From Octopus sinensis (lineage: Eukaryota): a stretch of DNA of 64,000 nt. Below, piece after piece: positions 27,534 to 40,332 of the stretch. The stretch lies in NCBI RefSeq assembly GCF_006345805.1, contig NC_043000.1, positions 135,346,001-135,410,000 on the forward strand. The letters are read 5' to 3'. The first letter of the stretch is position 1, and every line of letters starts with the position of its first letter. The translations under genes and the position numbers were made by a program. The notes beneath the pieces were generated by a model. The model saw nothing but the letters and a program-made list of their open reading frames with translations. It was not told the DNA's origin and ran no database searches.

Positions 27534-27568
27534 GTTTCCGACGAAGAGCTCCGCTCGAAACGTTAAAC
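27534..27568 (+). ncRNA. Minimal hammerhead motif in a dispersed repeat (27460-27670)
   Basis: GTTT-CCGACGA-AGAGC TCC GCTC-GAAAC GTT-AAAC. The repeat ends in (TA)n; same family as 32430-32637. Confidence 0.65.
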
Positions 27569-27711
27569 CCTCCTTCTTTCCTTCTTTCCTGAGCGTCCAA
27601 TAATACTATATTCGTTCCACGTCCTCGCATTGTTGTGTTTTTTTGTGCTTTCTTGTTTGGATTAACTTTATATATATATATATATATATATATAGATATA
27701 TATATATATAT

Positions 27712-27749
<38 letters not shown>

Positions 27750-28059
27750 ACACACAAGTAAGCACATAGGTGCAAAAGAAGCTGAAAAAATAGTGCTCCA
27801 ATACAAGTTAGTTAATTCAGTATTATCGAAACCATCTGATGAAACTGAGTAACGGAGTTTGTGAAGTTTTGTTGGCTTTAATAAAATAGTATATAATACT
27901 TTATCCAGATTACGACTTAAATACTTGTTGAATACCCGTCTGGCTAAAGTTTGTTTAGAATAGAAAAGTTTAATGTTTATCTGTCTACTGTCTGTCTCTT
28001 TTCCTTTTTTTTCCTTTTCCTTTCTTTTTCTTTTTTTCTTTTTTTCTTGTTCTTTTTTC

Positions 28060-28180
28060 CCTGTTACGATCCCCTTTGATCGAAAACCTACGCCACCTTT
28101 TTTTTTTCTCCCCCAAAAGAAAAGCTCTACCTTGTAACTTGTCCCATCTGTGTGCAGCCCTGTGTGGTCAATAAAGAAAC
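28060..28180 (+). mobile_element. LINE 3'UTR fragment (same family as 20990-21392)
   Basis: GATCGAAAACCTAC...GAAAAGCT.TAC.TTGTAA.TTGTCCC.TCTGTGT.CAGCCCTGT.TGG shared; ends AATAAAGAAA. Confidence 0.7.
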
Positions 28181-28199
28181 TTATCTAAATATATACACA

Positions 28200-28582
28200 C
28201 TAGCAGTATCGCCCGGCGTTGCTCAGGTTTGTAAGGGAAATAACTATAAAGCATTTTTAGAGAGTTATAGCCAAAAAAATAGCAAAAAAATGGAAAAATA
28301 TGATGGTAAATTGTTTTTTTAGTTAAAAAAGGTGGAGTTGCGTCCCCTAGACAGTTTGCGGGTTGTGTTTCTGATTCTCGACTCCATGTCGAATTTATCG
28401 ATTTTTTTCAGAACTGGGGGAACTTTTCAAAATTTTCGCTGCGTCAGTTTTGAATTATGACATTGGGCTATGTGTGTGTCAAGTTTCATCAGAATCGGTT
28501 GAAAGCCGTGGTCAGGGTGAGGGTACAAGCAAACAGACACACAGAAAACGCACAGACAAACTGCCGTTTATATATAAAGAGA
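28200..28582 (-). mobile_element. Non-autonomous Helitron
   Basis: Minus strand A|TC...hairpin...CTAG|T; closely similar to 29522-29916. Confidence 0.85.
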
Positions 28583-29000
28583 TTTACATACAAGCGGGGC
28601 TCTGTCAGTTTCTATCCTTATGCTTCTTTGTTTTTACTGTTGGCATTTTGGATTTTTGTCTTTTTGCTTGTCCTTCCTGTTAACTTTGGACATCAGGACA
28701 TCAGTTTTCCAGGATGTGTCAGTTTTTAGTCTGCCTCTGTTTATCACCACAGTCCAACTTTGATTTTACTTATTGCAGCTGTTGTTGCTGTCAGTGTTCT
28801 TTTTGGGGCTTGTGGTGTTTGTAGATTCTTTTTCAGTGCTATTTTTAGGGTCAACGATGTTTGCAGTTTCTGTTTGTTTGTCCTTCATTGGATTCCAGGC
28901 ATGCAGGGTCATCATATATATATATATTTATATTTATATATATATATATGCATATATGATATATGATTTTATATATTTATATATATATATAATATATATA

Positions 29001-29040
29001 TATTAGAAGAAATAAGGTACTCAGAAATCTGGATGGTTTT

Positions 29041-29072
<32 letters not shown>

Positions 29073-29470
29073 TTAGCGTCCACTTTCCATGCTAGCATGG
29101 GTTGGACGGTTCAACTGAGGTCTGGGAAGCCAGAAGGCTGCACCAGGCCCAGTCTGATCTGGCAATGTTTCTATGGCTGGATGCCCTTCCTAACGCCAAC
29201 CACTCCGTGAGTGTAGTGGGTGCTTTTTACGTGCCGCCGGCACAGGAGTCAGACGAGGCTGGCAAACGGCCACAATCGGATGGTGCTTTTTACGTGCCAC
29301 CGGCACTTTATATTTACAGATATTTATTAGTATGTTACATGTTTTTATAAATCATATATCATATATGTAGCATACTAATAAATATTTGTAAATATAAAAC
29401 CATCCAGATTTCTGAGTTCCTCATTTCATCTAATATATAATACCTGTACATCATCTCCAAACCTTCTAAT
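29001..29470. repeat. TA-flanked fold-back element with a SINE inserted in the left arm
   Basis: CTCAGAAATCTGGATGGTTTTAT [SINE] TTTATATTTACAGATATTTATTAGTATG is inverted at about 29363-29440. Same family as 47255-47400. Confidence 0.75.
29041..29306 (-). mobile_element. SINE-like element, family D
   Basis: (CAT)n tail, GGATGCCCTTCCTAACGCCAACC block, possible TTTAT TSD. Confidence 0.75.
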
Positions 29471-29521
29471 ATATATATATATATACATATATATATAAAA
29501 ATATATGAATATATATATATA

Positions 29522-29916
29522 CTAGCAGTATCGCCCGGCGTTGCTCAGGTTTGTAAGGGAAATAACTATAAAGCATTTTTAGAGAGTTATAGCCAAAAAA
29601 TAGCAAAAAAATGGAAAAAAAATGGAAAAAAAATGATGGTAGATTTTTTTTGAGAGTTAAAAAAGGTGGAGTTGCGTCCCCTAGACGGTCTGTGGTTTGG
29701 GTTTCTGATTCTCGACCCCATGTCGAATTTATCGATTTTTTTCAGAACTGGGGGAACTTTTCAAAATTTTCGCTGCGTTAGTTTTGAATTATGACATTGG
29801 GCTATGTGTGTGTCAAGTTTCATCAGAATCGGTTGAAAGCCGTGGTCAGAGTGAGGGTACGAGAAAACAGACACACAGAAAACGCACAGACAAACTGCCG
29901 TTTATATAGAGAGAGA
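29522..29916 (-). mobile_element. Non-autonomous Helitron
   Basis: Same termini and body as 28200-28582. Confidence 0.85.
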
Positions 29917-30167
29917 TGCACACAAATGCACAAACATACATACGGTTCCAGAAAAAGTGTACCAATTAAGTATCGGTGTTTAATATAATCGAATAAAACT
30001 CTTGAAGGGGAATCAGGGCCACATTACGGTTGCGAACCTTTGAATGAAATTAATAAAATATTATGGCAATATATTTCTGCCCAGTCTCTCTTTCTCTCTC
30101 TTTCTCACGTTGCGCCTCTACATCTTCATTTATCAACCTTTAGCCAATGTAAACATATGTCTGTCTG

Positions 30168-30250
<83 letters not shown>

Positions 30251-30314
30251 GTCTGTCTGTCTGTCTGTCTGTCGGTCTGTCTATCTGCCTGCCTGCCTGT
30301 CTGTCTGTCTGTCG

Positions 30315-30384
<70 letters not shown>

Positions 30385-32367
30385 GTGTGAACTAGCTATG
30401 TGTGAACGTTTTACTTTAAAGACTAAGGGAGTAAAAACACTAAAAGAAATTATATCGTCTGAGAGAAATGAATACGAATATTTGCAAGGAATCCGCAGTA
30501 TCTTTCCACCAGCAACTGTATGAATCTTAACTCAATCTCATTTGACTTGTTTCTTCCGGTAAGAAATATTTACCACTCCCTGTAAAAACCCTTGTAGTAA
30601 CTCGCAAAAACTAGCGGCGCGTAAAACTAGTAAATTCTCTTCTAAACAACCTTCATAGTTACGGACGTTCATAACTTCAAAGGGCTGCATGGAGGGTGAC
30701 GATAATGATAGTCTTTATAGTTATTCAACCGCCACCCTCCAGGCATCTTTTTGAAGGTATGGGTGCACAAAATCATGATGAGTGCTTGCAAGAAGTTTTT
30801 GCAAAGTATTTATGTATGTATATACCTATGTGTGTATGTGTGTGTGTGTGTGTAATTATATATACATATACACACGCACACATTCGTATATATATATATA
30901 TATATATATATACATTTACATACACATGGACATACTCACAGATACGCGCGCGCACACACACATATACATTAAAGGCAAATTAAGTACCATAACGGCGCAG
31001 AAACGCGTGTTATACTGTCTGATGGCGTCATTTATAGCCCTGTTTGGTTTGTTTTCACGTACATAATCTGTAAGAGTGTTTCTCTGCAAAGACACTTACC
31101 ACAGCGACATTCTGTCCTCGTCTGAGTATACATGAACGTGTTTAATATAAATATTGCCACACATTATGCATACATACACAGACACATGCAACACACACAT
31201 ATGTAAATATTAAATATACTTTTGAATCGTATCTTTTACTTCCTTATTAAGTCAATAGCGATCAAGCAACTTGTTTGACCGCTACTGACTCGATAGTCTT
31301 CCAACATCAATCTGCTACCGAAATTACACCTTCACATTGCAGCCTCTCACCTCCTGTTGCTTTCATCTCATTTCGAAAAATACCCTCTTTTTAATTTTCT
31401 AATTCCGGAATGGACTGAGGTGTTCTCGATACATCGATATAAATAGAAAAATTTGGTATTGGGATGTTTGTTTATTGGGCAACGATATAGATGTCTACTC
31501 ACAGATATTTTGCTGGTGTCGGGACCTCGTATCTGTTGGCGGTGTACCATCTTTCTTTGCCCTAGAGTTAAATCTGTTTAACCTGCGTAGTATTCAACTC
31601 ACTCACCAGGATTCGAAATTCTAACTTCAGACCACTATATGTTTGAGTACAAGTTTATAGTTTCGGGATATATATCGACAAAAGATGTAGACATCAAGAA
31701 AATATCCCGGTAAACAGGTGCTTTGAAACAAAAATGTAACGCAACCTTTGTTCCGCCTGAGTTGCACAGACGCTTCTTTTTCACCCGCAACATCGTAAAT
31801 GAAGTGAACATATGATTAATTTGTCGGAAACTTGAAACAACGACACTATTGTTCACAACAGGCATGATAAAATAAATAACTTGGTAAAAGCAGTCTGATG
31901 TTGGGGCATTAAGATAGCTCACATACTAACTCGACAATCTGTTTGCTGTTAAACATTTACTAGACAATTTAATATTTCAAACTCAATTTTCGAAATTTAA
32001 AATAGATGAATGAGAAATAACACGTATAACCAACAACGTATATTACATTGACTATCATGATTACATACATACATAAAACTGGTGTGGAAATATCTAAATT
32101 CATGTATCATCGATTGATTTATATCATTGTATATATTCTTGAATACAGATTCTGTGAATTAAGACGTGACAATTGTTCTGGTGTATGATAATTATAATTA
32201 TTTTAAAGGTGTACATTTATGTAAAATTCCACAAACTTTGTCCAAGTTAAAACGGAACAGTAAATATAGTTTGGACACAAATTTAGGGTTTCATTAATAA
32301 GCAATGAAATGTATTAAATTACTGCTAAATTAGTTGCTAGATACTTCAGAACAATGGTTACGGGTTC

Positions 32368-32429
<62 letters not shown>

Positions 32430-32533
32430 TATAGTTAATTCAAACATGAAAACAAAGAGAAAACACAACAACGCGAGGACGTGGAACAAGTATAGTGTTA
32501 TTGCACGTTCAGGAAAGGAAAGAAAAAAAGAAG

Positions 32534-32563
32534 ATTTAACGTTTCGAGCTCTTCATCAGAAAC
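32534..32563 (-). ncRNA. Minimal hammerhead motif with canonical core in repeat 32430-32637
   Basis: Minus strand GTTT-CTGATGA-AGAGCTC-GAAAC GTT-AAAT; stem II is collapsed to the palindrome GAGCTC. Confidence 0.6.
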
Positions 32564-32799
32564 ATAGAAAAAGGAAAGATCCAAGGAAGGGAAGACGGAG
32601 GAAAAAATCGCCAACGATACACACGCGGTCACATATTGAATGAATTTGTGGAATTTTACATAAATGTACACTTTAAAATAATTATCATACACCAGGACAA
32701 TTGTCACGTCTTTAATCACAGAATCTGTATTCAAGAATATATATATATATGAAAAACTAGTACGGCTGCTGCCAAATGAATGAAAAGACATGTATATAC

Positions 32800-32977
32800 A
32801 TGATTTCAAGTTTTGGTCGATTACCTTAACCCCAGTTGAACACTGGGGTTAAGGTAACCCGAAATAAGGAAACATAAAGCTGGCCTAGGCAGTATTGGAA
32901 CTCAGGATGTAAAGCCGGAAGAAATGTCGCTAAGTATTTTGGCCGGAGTGCTAACGATTCTGTCAGCTGGCCGCCTT
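32800..32977 (-). mobile_element. SINE family B, degenerate
   Basis: Minus strand AAGGCGGCCAGCTGACAGAATCGTTAGCAC head. Confidence 0.65.
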
Positions 32978-33628
32978 ATGATGTTATAATGAAAGTAAAT
33001 TAACATTTAAACTGAAAAATTGCTCAATACTTTTTTGTAGAGTACATGTTTCGCAAACTTTTACAAGAAGAGGGTTGATAGTGAGTTCGAAGTTTCAGCT
33101 TGCTAGATTTTGTGTTTAACATTCACTTACTTGCAAATATGCAGAGACGACTCTCTTTCTCCAACAAAGACTTACAGCCATAATCATGCACACAACACAC
33201 AGACATACACACATAAACACAGACACACACACACTAATATACATACTCCCACAAACACACATAGATACACTCCACAAACACATACTCTCGTTCTTTGTCT
33301 CTCTCTCTCTCTCCTACTATCCTCCCTTACACACACAGACACATACACACACAACCTGCACCCAGCCAGTCCTTCTTTCTCTCTCTCTCTTTTACACATA
33401 CGCACATAGTCCACATACATGTACACACACAGTTACACACAGTCAAACACACACAGAATCTCACACACGCATGCACACACACATGCACACTCGCTCTCTC
33501 AACACAGACATCGAGACATCCGCACAAATACGATCTCTCTCTGTCTCTCATACACACACACACATACACACGCGCACACAAACGCAAGCACACAGGGTCA
33601 CATACAGTCACACACAATCACTCACCCG

Positions 33629-33687
<59 letters not shown>

Positions 33688-34453
33688 CACATACACACAC
33701 ACACAGAATATGAACTCAAACACTATTTTCTAACTTAAGTGCTGAACATATAAACTGAATATCTCAGTTATAAATCGACTGTAAAATCTGTAAATTAAAA
33801 AAAGAAAAAACGAAAAAAAAAATGGAGGTATGTGTAAGCTTGAATTTCAAATATTACGGGAAATTAACATATATAGTTACAGCAGAGCACGCTGTGTCCA
33901 TTTTAAGTAATATTTATAGTTATTATGCGTGTACATAATGTCAGTTAAATAGGCATTTGCTTATTACATTTTATGTATGTATTTATCTATTTATTATTTC
34001 AATAAAAAATATGGCTCAGCTCAGAACGTAATAGAATATTACTGAAATAGTAGTCCTGTCGTTGTACGTACACCAATGGCTGATATACAGAGTGTTTGCA
34101 ATTTCTTGCGATCCCACAATACCGGAATAATTAAGAAAATAAAACAACATAGAAATCGATTAAAACCAGTAAACAAATGAATGAATGAATGAATGAATGA
34201 ATAAATAAGTAATAGATAAATGATAAGTACATAAAGTTCAGGAAGTGCAATGGATTACTTTGTTGCAAAGGAAATGAGAATTATACGTTTCGGGGGAGAA
34301 TTCTTCATCAAAGAAAATTTATATTACCTAATGAAATTTCTCTGTCTCTCTCTCTGTCTCTCTCTCTCTCTCTGTCTCTCTCTCTCTCTGTCTGTCTCTC
34401 TGTCTCTCTCTCTGTTTCTCTCTGTCTCTCTCCCTCTCTCTCTCTCTCTCCCT

Positions 34454-34489
<36 letters not shown>

Positions 34490-34490
34490 C

Positions 34491-34710
34491 GGGAGGCTTA
34501 CGAAAACAAACAAAAGACGAAGGCAGGTGGAGTACAAACAAACAATTGTATTAGTATGGCGCTCAGGAATAGAAATAAAACAATTGTATTAGTATGGCGC
34601 TCAGGAATAGAAATAAAACAGAAAGATACACAGAAAAGAAACACGGAGAGAAACAAGGAGAGAAAGAAAATGCGTGCAGGAGCTAACGATTTAACATGGC
34701 GGTCTGATTT
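34491..34710 (-). mobile_element. Repeat of the 26862 family lacking the hammerhead
   Basis: Shares ACGAAG.CAGGTGG.GTA...TGTATTAGT..CGCTC.GGAA; a roughly 40-bp tandem duplication sits where the ribozyme motif would be. Confidence 0.6.
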
Positions 34711-35321
34711 CGGCCAGAAGTCAGAGATCAGACGTTAGACGCAAGAGGGATAGTAGGGGAGATAACAAGGTCAAATGAAGGAGAGGAGAAGAGAAGGGGG
34801 ATGGGAAAGGAGGGGAGAAGAGGAGGGGAGAGAAGGGGAGTGAGGGAGCAGAGAGAAAGAGAGAAGGGGAAGAGGGAAGAAGAAAGAGGAAAGAAGAGGA
34901 AGGAAAGAGAGTAGGGGTGAAAAGATGAAGGACTGAAGAGAAATATATATATATGTAAAAAAATACAAACTGCGACAAGAACGCAAAACATTTAGAAGAC
35001 GATACAAAAAACACGGACGGGACATTCGAAGCCTTCAATCTTCAGGCAAGAACCCGATTATCCTCGCAATTTCGACTGATTAATCTTGAGATTGTTCCAA
35101 TCTGGCCAGACCCAAGGAAAATCTAAGCTAAGCTCATTAGATTCCTTGGAAGAAAGCTTCGAATGTATACAAAACAAAGACGGAAAAACAAACGATGTTA
35201 CACGAACAGGAATACAAAATACGTAAAAACAATAATATATATATATACAAAAACACACAAACACACAAATATATGTGTATTCATCTGAATCTAAATTTTG
35301 CTGAACTTATATATATATATA

Positions 35322-35537
35322 TTCTTTTATTCTTTTATGCTTTTACTTGTTTCAGTCATTTGGCTATGGCCATGCATCGCCTTTAATCGAGCAAATCGAC
35401 CATAGGACTTATTCTTTGTAAGCCTAGTACTTATTCTATCGATCTTTTTTGCCGAAATGCTAAGTTACCAGCATCAGTCTCAAGCGATGTTGGCGGGACA
35501 AACATAGACACACAAAATATACACACACATACACACA

Positions 35538-35578
<41 letters not shown>

Positions 35579-35730
35579 TATTATATATATATTCGACGGT
35601 CTTCTTTCAGTTTCTGTCTACCAAATCCACTCACAAAGCTTTGGTCGGCCCGAGGCTATAGTAGAAGACACTCACCCGGGACTGAACCCGAACCATGTGG
35701 TTGGCAAGCAAGCTACTTACAACACGGCCA
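35322..35730 (-). mobile_element. SINE family A
   Basis: Reverse-complement copy with small deletions. Confidence 0.88.
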
Positions 35731-35748
35731 CTATATTATATATATATA

Positions 35749-35798
<50 letters not shown>

Positions 35799-35806
35799 AT
35801 AATATA

Positions 35807-36174
35807 TTTAAAAAAGGAGATGTGGAACACGAGTTGTGATATATAAAAAAGGAAATGAAGAAAATGCTGACAAAATAATTTAAGTAAGCGAGAGTGTATT
35901 TAATTAGGTGAAAGTTCTTTTTACCGGTTGCGCATTTGTTATGCTTATCAAAAGATATTTTTTAAAGAGAGATAGAGTTCCTTTCTGATAGATTTTTTTT
36001 TCTTATCTGAGAAAGATAAGAGAAAAAAATCTATCAGAAAGGAACTCTATCTTTCTTAAAAAAGTATCTTTTGATAAGCATAACAAATGCGCAACCGGTA
36101 AAAAGAACTTTCACCTAATTAAATACACTCTCGCTTACTTAAATTATTTTGTCAGCATTTTCTTCATTTCCTTT
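35807..36174. mobile_element. TA-flanked palindromic element, copy 1
   Basis: About 160-bp inverted arms; nearly identical to 42399-42739; hammerhead-like fold at 36067-36106. Confidence 0.8.
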
Positions 36175-36308
36175 ATATATATATATATGAAATATCTGTA
36201 TAATTAACATGCGTTTCAATATCAACTTTTCATACCGGTAAGAAGAGGTGATATTACAGCGGCCAATGATCGCATGAATGCCTGTAGCCTATACAAATAT
36301 GCAAAACC

Positions 36309-36343
<35 letters not shown>

Positions 36344-36377
36344 TGTATGTATGTATGTATGTATGTATGTATGTATG

Positions 36378-36448
<71 letters not shown>

Positions 36449-37398
36449 TATGTATGTATGTATATATATACACTCATACACACACGCGCATACTTAATAT
36501 TCATGTGTATTGTGTACTCCCTTTTCGACTAATTTGATTTCTTTTACATCCTACTACACATGGCACAAAGACAGAATGAATCCAGTTGTTTCGCCTGTTA
36601 GCATCCAATAAATGTGTACGATAGCCAAGTCCTGGATATATATAAACAGAGAAGACTGCATGTTCACAGTAGGAACGCTGGTTGGACAACAGAAATTCGA
36701 CTTCAAACACCAAGTTGATAAAGAAATCGTCTTGGCAATCAAACATTCCGGCTTTCAGAACTTATTTTTTTGCTTAGTTCATTAAAGCGTATTGTAGCCA
36801 AGTCATGAGATTCTCAACTTAATTTTGTGTCTCTTTACTGTCTCTTTGCCAATAAGCAAAATTAATTATGTTATCCACACTAAATAAGTACAAATTGAAA
36901 ACAAACACAAAAAGTTTAAACATGAAAATACATTTTTGCTCTCGATATATTAAATTCAGTTTCCCAAATGATATTTATAGTAAGTACGTACACAAACTTA
37001 TACAAACAAGCATACACATACCCAGATACAAACACAGTTTTTAATAGTTTAGTGATTTTAACCATATCGACACCTGTATATAATTAAGACTGTTACTGAA
37101 TTGTTACATTAAAGCTTTTACAAAAGACAAAAGTCTACGGACCGATTTTCATGCTATACACACACACACGCGCGCGCGTGCAAGCACACACGAATGCGCA
37201 TGCATGTATGTATGCTCTCAAATTGTTCTAACTTTGTTCTATTTTGCTTATGACAACCGAATTAGTTCGAATTATGCGTCCATTACTCCAACTGAGGGCT
37301 TTGAGAGAGAATCTTTTATACATGACAAACAGTAACGAAAAGCCTTTAACGGATTCAAATATCTCTCAAACATACTTGAACGGGTATTAAGTTTGCTC

Positions 37399-37561
<163 letters not shown>

Positions 37562-37575
37562 GCTATCTATTTATC

Positions 37576-37618
<43 letters not shown>

Positions 37619-37624
37619 GTCGGC

Positions 37625-37721
<97 letters not shown>

Positions 37722-38028
37722 GATATATATATAAATCTTTAAGTAAATATATTCAATGAGAATATTATATACTGAATTTATATTGAGTGCTCTATTGTAT
37801 CAAAGTATTAATACTATTAAAGTATTTATGTATTTAATACGAGCGATTATATATATTTTATATAATATATTATTATTATCAGGAAATCAATATTAGAAAA
37901 TTTTTCAGAAAGATATGTACGTGTGTAAATTAATTGTTGTATTAAAAATATAAATATATATAAATATATGTAAATGTATAAGTATAAATATATAATGTAT
38001 ATGACAGTTTAAATTTTTTGTTTTAAAG

Positions 38029-38120
38029 CATCTTATGATCGTTTCGCAGAAGTGCTGTCCCTATAATGGAATCCTATGTTGATAAGCATTTATAGACAAC
38101 TCTTCTGCTCTTCAGAGATA
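38029..38120 (-). ncRNA. Type-I hammerhead motif with a long stem II
   Basis: Minus strand TATCT-CTGAAGA-GCAGAAG...CTTCTGC-GAAAC GATC ATA-AGATG. Stem II extends via GTTGTC/GACAGC. Confidence 0.75.
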
Positions 38121-38415
38121 TAAAATTTGAATTTTGTATAATATATCGAATGGTAGTTTTTTAAAAATATGAAATAATGCTATGGAATTTTAGATTTTAG
38201 AGTTTATCGAGTAGCTAGCGCGTAAACCAATTAAGGAAAAGAATTAATATACGGTATCTAATTTTCCCTTTATATATAAAATACATTACAATATCAAGGG
38301 CTATTACTGTGCGTAAAATCCACACGCTTTAATGAGACTCTTAAGCCAAACTACTTCAATAAGTATACACACGCGCCGACATCCAGGGAATGAAAGCTTA
38401 AAGGTGGATGTTCTC

Positions 38416-38475
38416 TTAGAACAAGCCTTACTGCGGTAGATACCATGGTATCTACCGTAGTAGAGTTTGTTCTAA
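38416..38475. repeat. 60-bp near-perfect palindrome
   Basis: Perfect 24-bp core CGGTAGATACCATGGTATCTACCG, extending to TTAGAACAA/TTGTTCTAA. Confidence 0.9.
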
Positions 38476-38667
38476 CAGAATACTCACGTTTAAGTGGGAA
38501 TAAATAATACCTCTCGATACACACACACACACACACATATATGGCAGAAACAGCTATAAACCAATGAAGTTGATCACGTATACCGTGTTCTCTTATCATT
38601 CATATTACGCGCTGTACTCGCCTAAAACTTTATTTTTAACGATATGTATATAGTATTCTAACAAATT

Positions 38668-39472
38668 ATTCTTTTCTACTTTAGGCACAAGGCCCGAAAT
38701 TTTTAGGGAGGAGGGGCCAGTCAATTAGATCAGCCCAGTACGCAACTGGTACTTTTATTTATCGAACCCGAAAGGATGAAAGGCAAATTTGACCTCGGCG
38801 TAATTTGAACTCAGAACGCAAAGACAGACGAAATACCTATTTCTTTACTACCCACGAGGGGCTAAACACGGAGGGGACAAACAAGGACAGACAAATGGAT
38901 TAAGTCGATTATATCGACCCCAGTGCGTAACTGGTACTTAATTTATCGATCCCGAAAGGATGAAAGGCAAATACGACCTCGGCGGAATTTGAACTCAGAA
39001 CGTAAAGACAGACGAAATACCGCTAAGCATTATGTCCGGCGTGCTAACGTTTCTCATTTCATTATTGCTCACAAGGGGCTAAACATAGAGGAGACAGACA
39101 AGGACAGACAAAGGGATTAGGTCGATTACATCGACTCCAGTGCATAACTGGTACTTAATTTGTCGACCTCGAAAGGAGGAAAAGCAAAGTCGACCTCGGC
39201 GGAATTTGAACTCAGAACGCAGCGACGGACGAAATATTTATTTCTTTTCTACCCACAAGGGGCTAAATATAGAGGGGACAAACAAGGACAGACATAGGTA
39301 TTAGTCGATTATATCGACCCCAGTGCGTTACTGGTACTTAATTTATCGACCCCGAAAGGATGAAAGGCAAAGTCGACCTCGGCGGAATTTGAACTCAGAA
39401 CGTAACGGCAGACGAATTACGGCTACGCATTTCGCCCGGCGTGCTAACGTTTCTGCCAGCTAGCTCGTCGCC
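38668..39472 (-). mobile_element. Tandem tetramer of SINE family B (Meta-domain-like)
   Basis: GACCTCGGC at 38791, 38975, 39192 and 39375; central block GCCTTTCATCCTTTCGGGGTCGATAAATTAAGTACCAG on the minus strand. Confidence 0.9.
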
Positions 39473-39580
39473 TTATTCCAGCGAATAATTAATAACGCTG
39501 TGCTTATGCAAAATCATTATATGTGTGTGTATGTATGTGCGTATATGTGTGTGTGTGTCTATCAGTGTGTATGTGTGCAC

Positions 39581-39626
<46 letters not shown>

Positions 39627-39916
39627 GCGCGCGCAAACACAGACACACACACACTTCCGAGGCAAGCCCATATTAAGCACTTCAATGTTTTTGCACTTAC
39701 ACTGATATCGCGCTTATCTATCTATTTATTATCTTATGTATGCATATATGCACATGAATTCATTTAATGTACATTGAAGAGAGATATTGATAGAGAACGA
39801 TGTACGTATACGTTAAAAAACCCCTTAGATATGAAATGATAGAACGCTAATATGTACACTCATACGTATATACATACATACATACATACATACATACATA
39901 CATACATACATACAGC

Positions 39917-40332
39917 AGGCGCAGGAGTGGCTGTGTGGTAAGTAGCTTGTTTACCAACCACATGGTTCCTGGTTCAGTCCCACTGCGTGGCACCTTGGGC
40001 AAGTGTCTTCTAGTATAGCCTCGGGCCGACCAAAGCCTTGTGAGTGGATTTGGTAGACGGAAACTGAAAAGAAGCCCGTCGTATATATGTATTTATGCAT
40101 ATATGCGTGTGTGTGTGTTTGTGTGTCTGTGTTTGTCCCCCTAGCATTGCTTGACAACCGATGCTGGTGTGTTTATGTCCCCCGTTACTTGGCGGTTCGG
40201 CAAAAGAGACCGATAGAATAAGTACTGGGCTTACAAAAAGAATAAGTCCCGGGGTCGAGTTGCTCGATTAAAGTCGGTGCTCCAGCATGGCCGCAGTCAA
40301 ATGACTGAAACAAGTAAAAGAGAAAAGAGAGA
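39917..40332 (+). mobile_element. SINE family A (full length)
   Basis: Complete copy. Confidence 0.95.

Noticed and set aside
27830-27880. CTGATGA-AACT..AGTT
   Set aside because: The downstream core is GTGAAG with poor stems I and III; too degenerate to call.
35010-35090. Minus-strand CTGAAGA and GAAA in a dispersed repeat
   Set aside because: I could not build consistent hammerhead stems.
38668-39472. CRISPR-like or satellite array
   Set aside because: Units are whole SINE bodies with no unique spacers, in a eukaryotic context.
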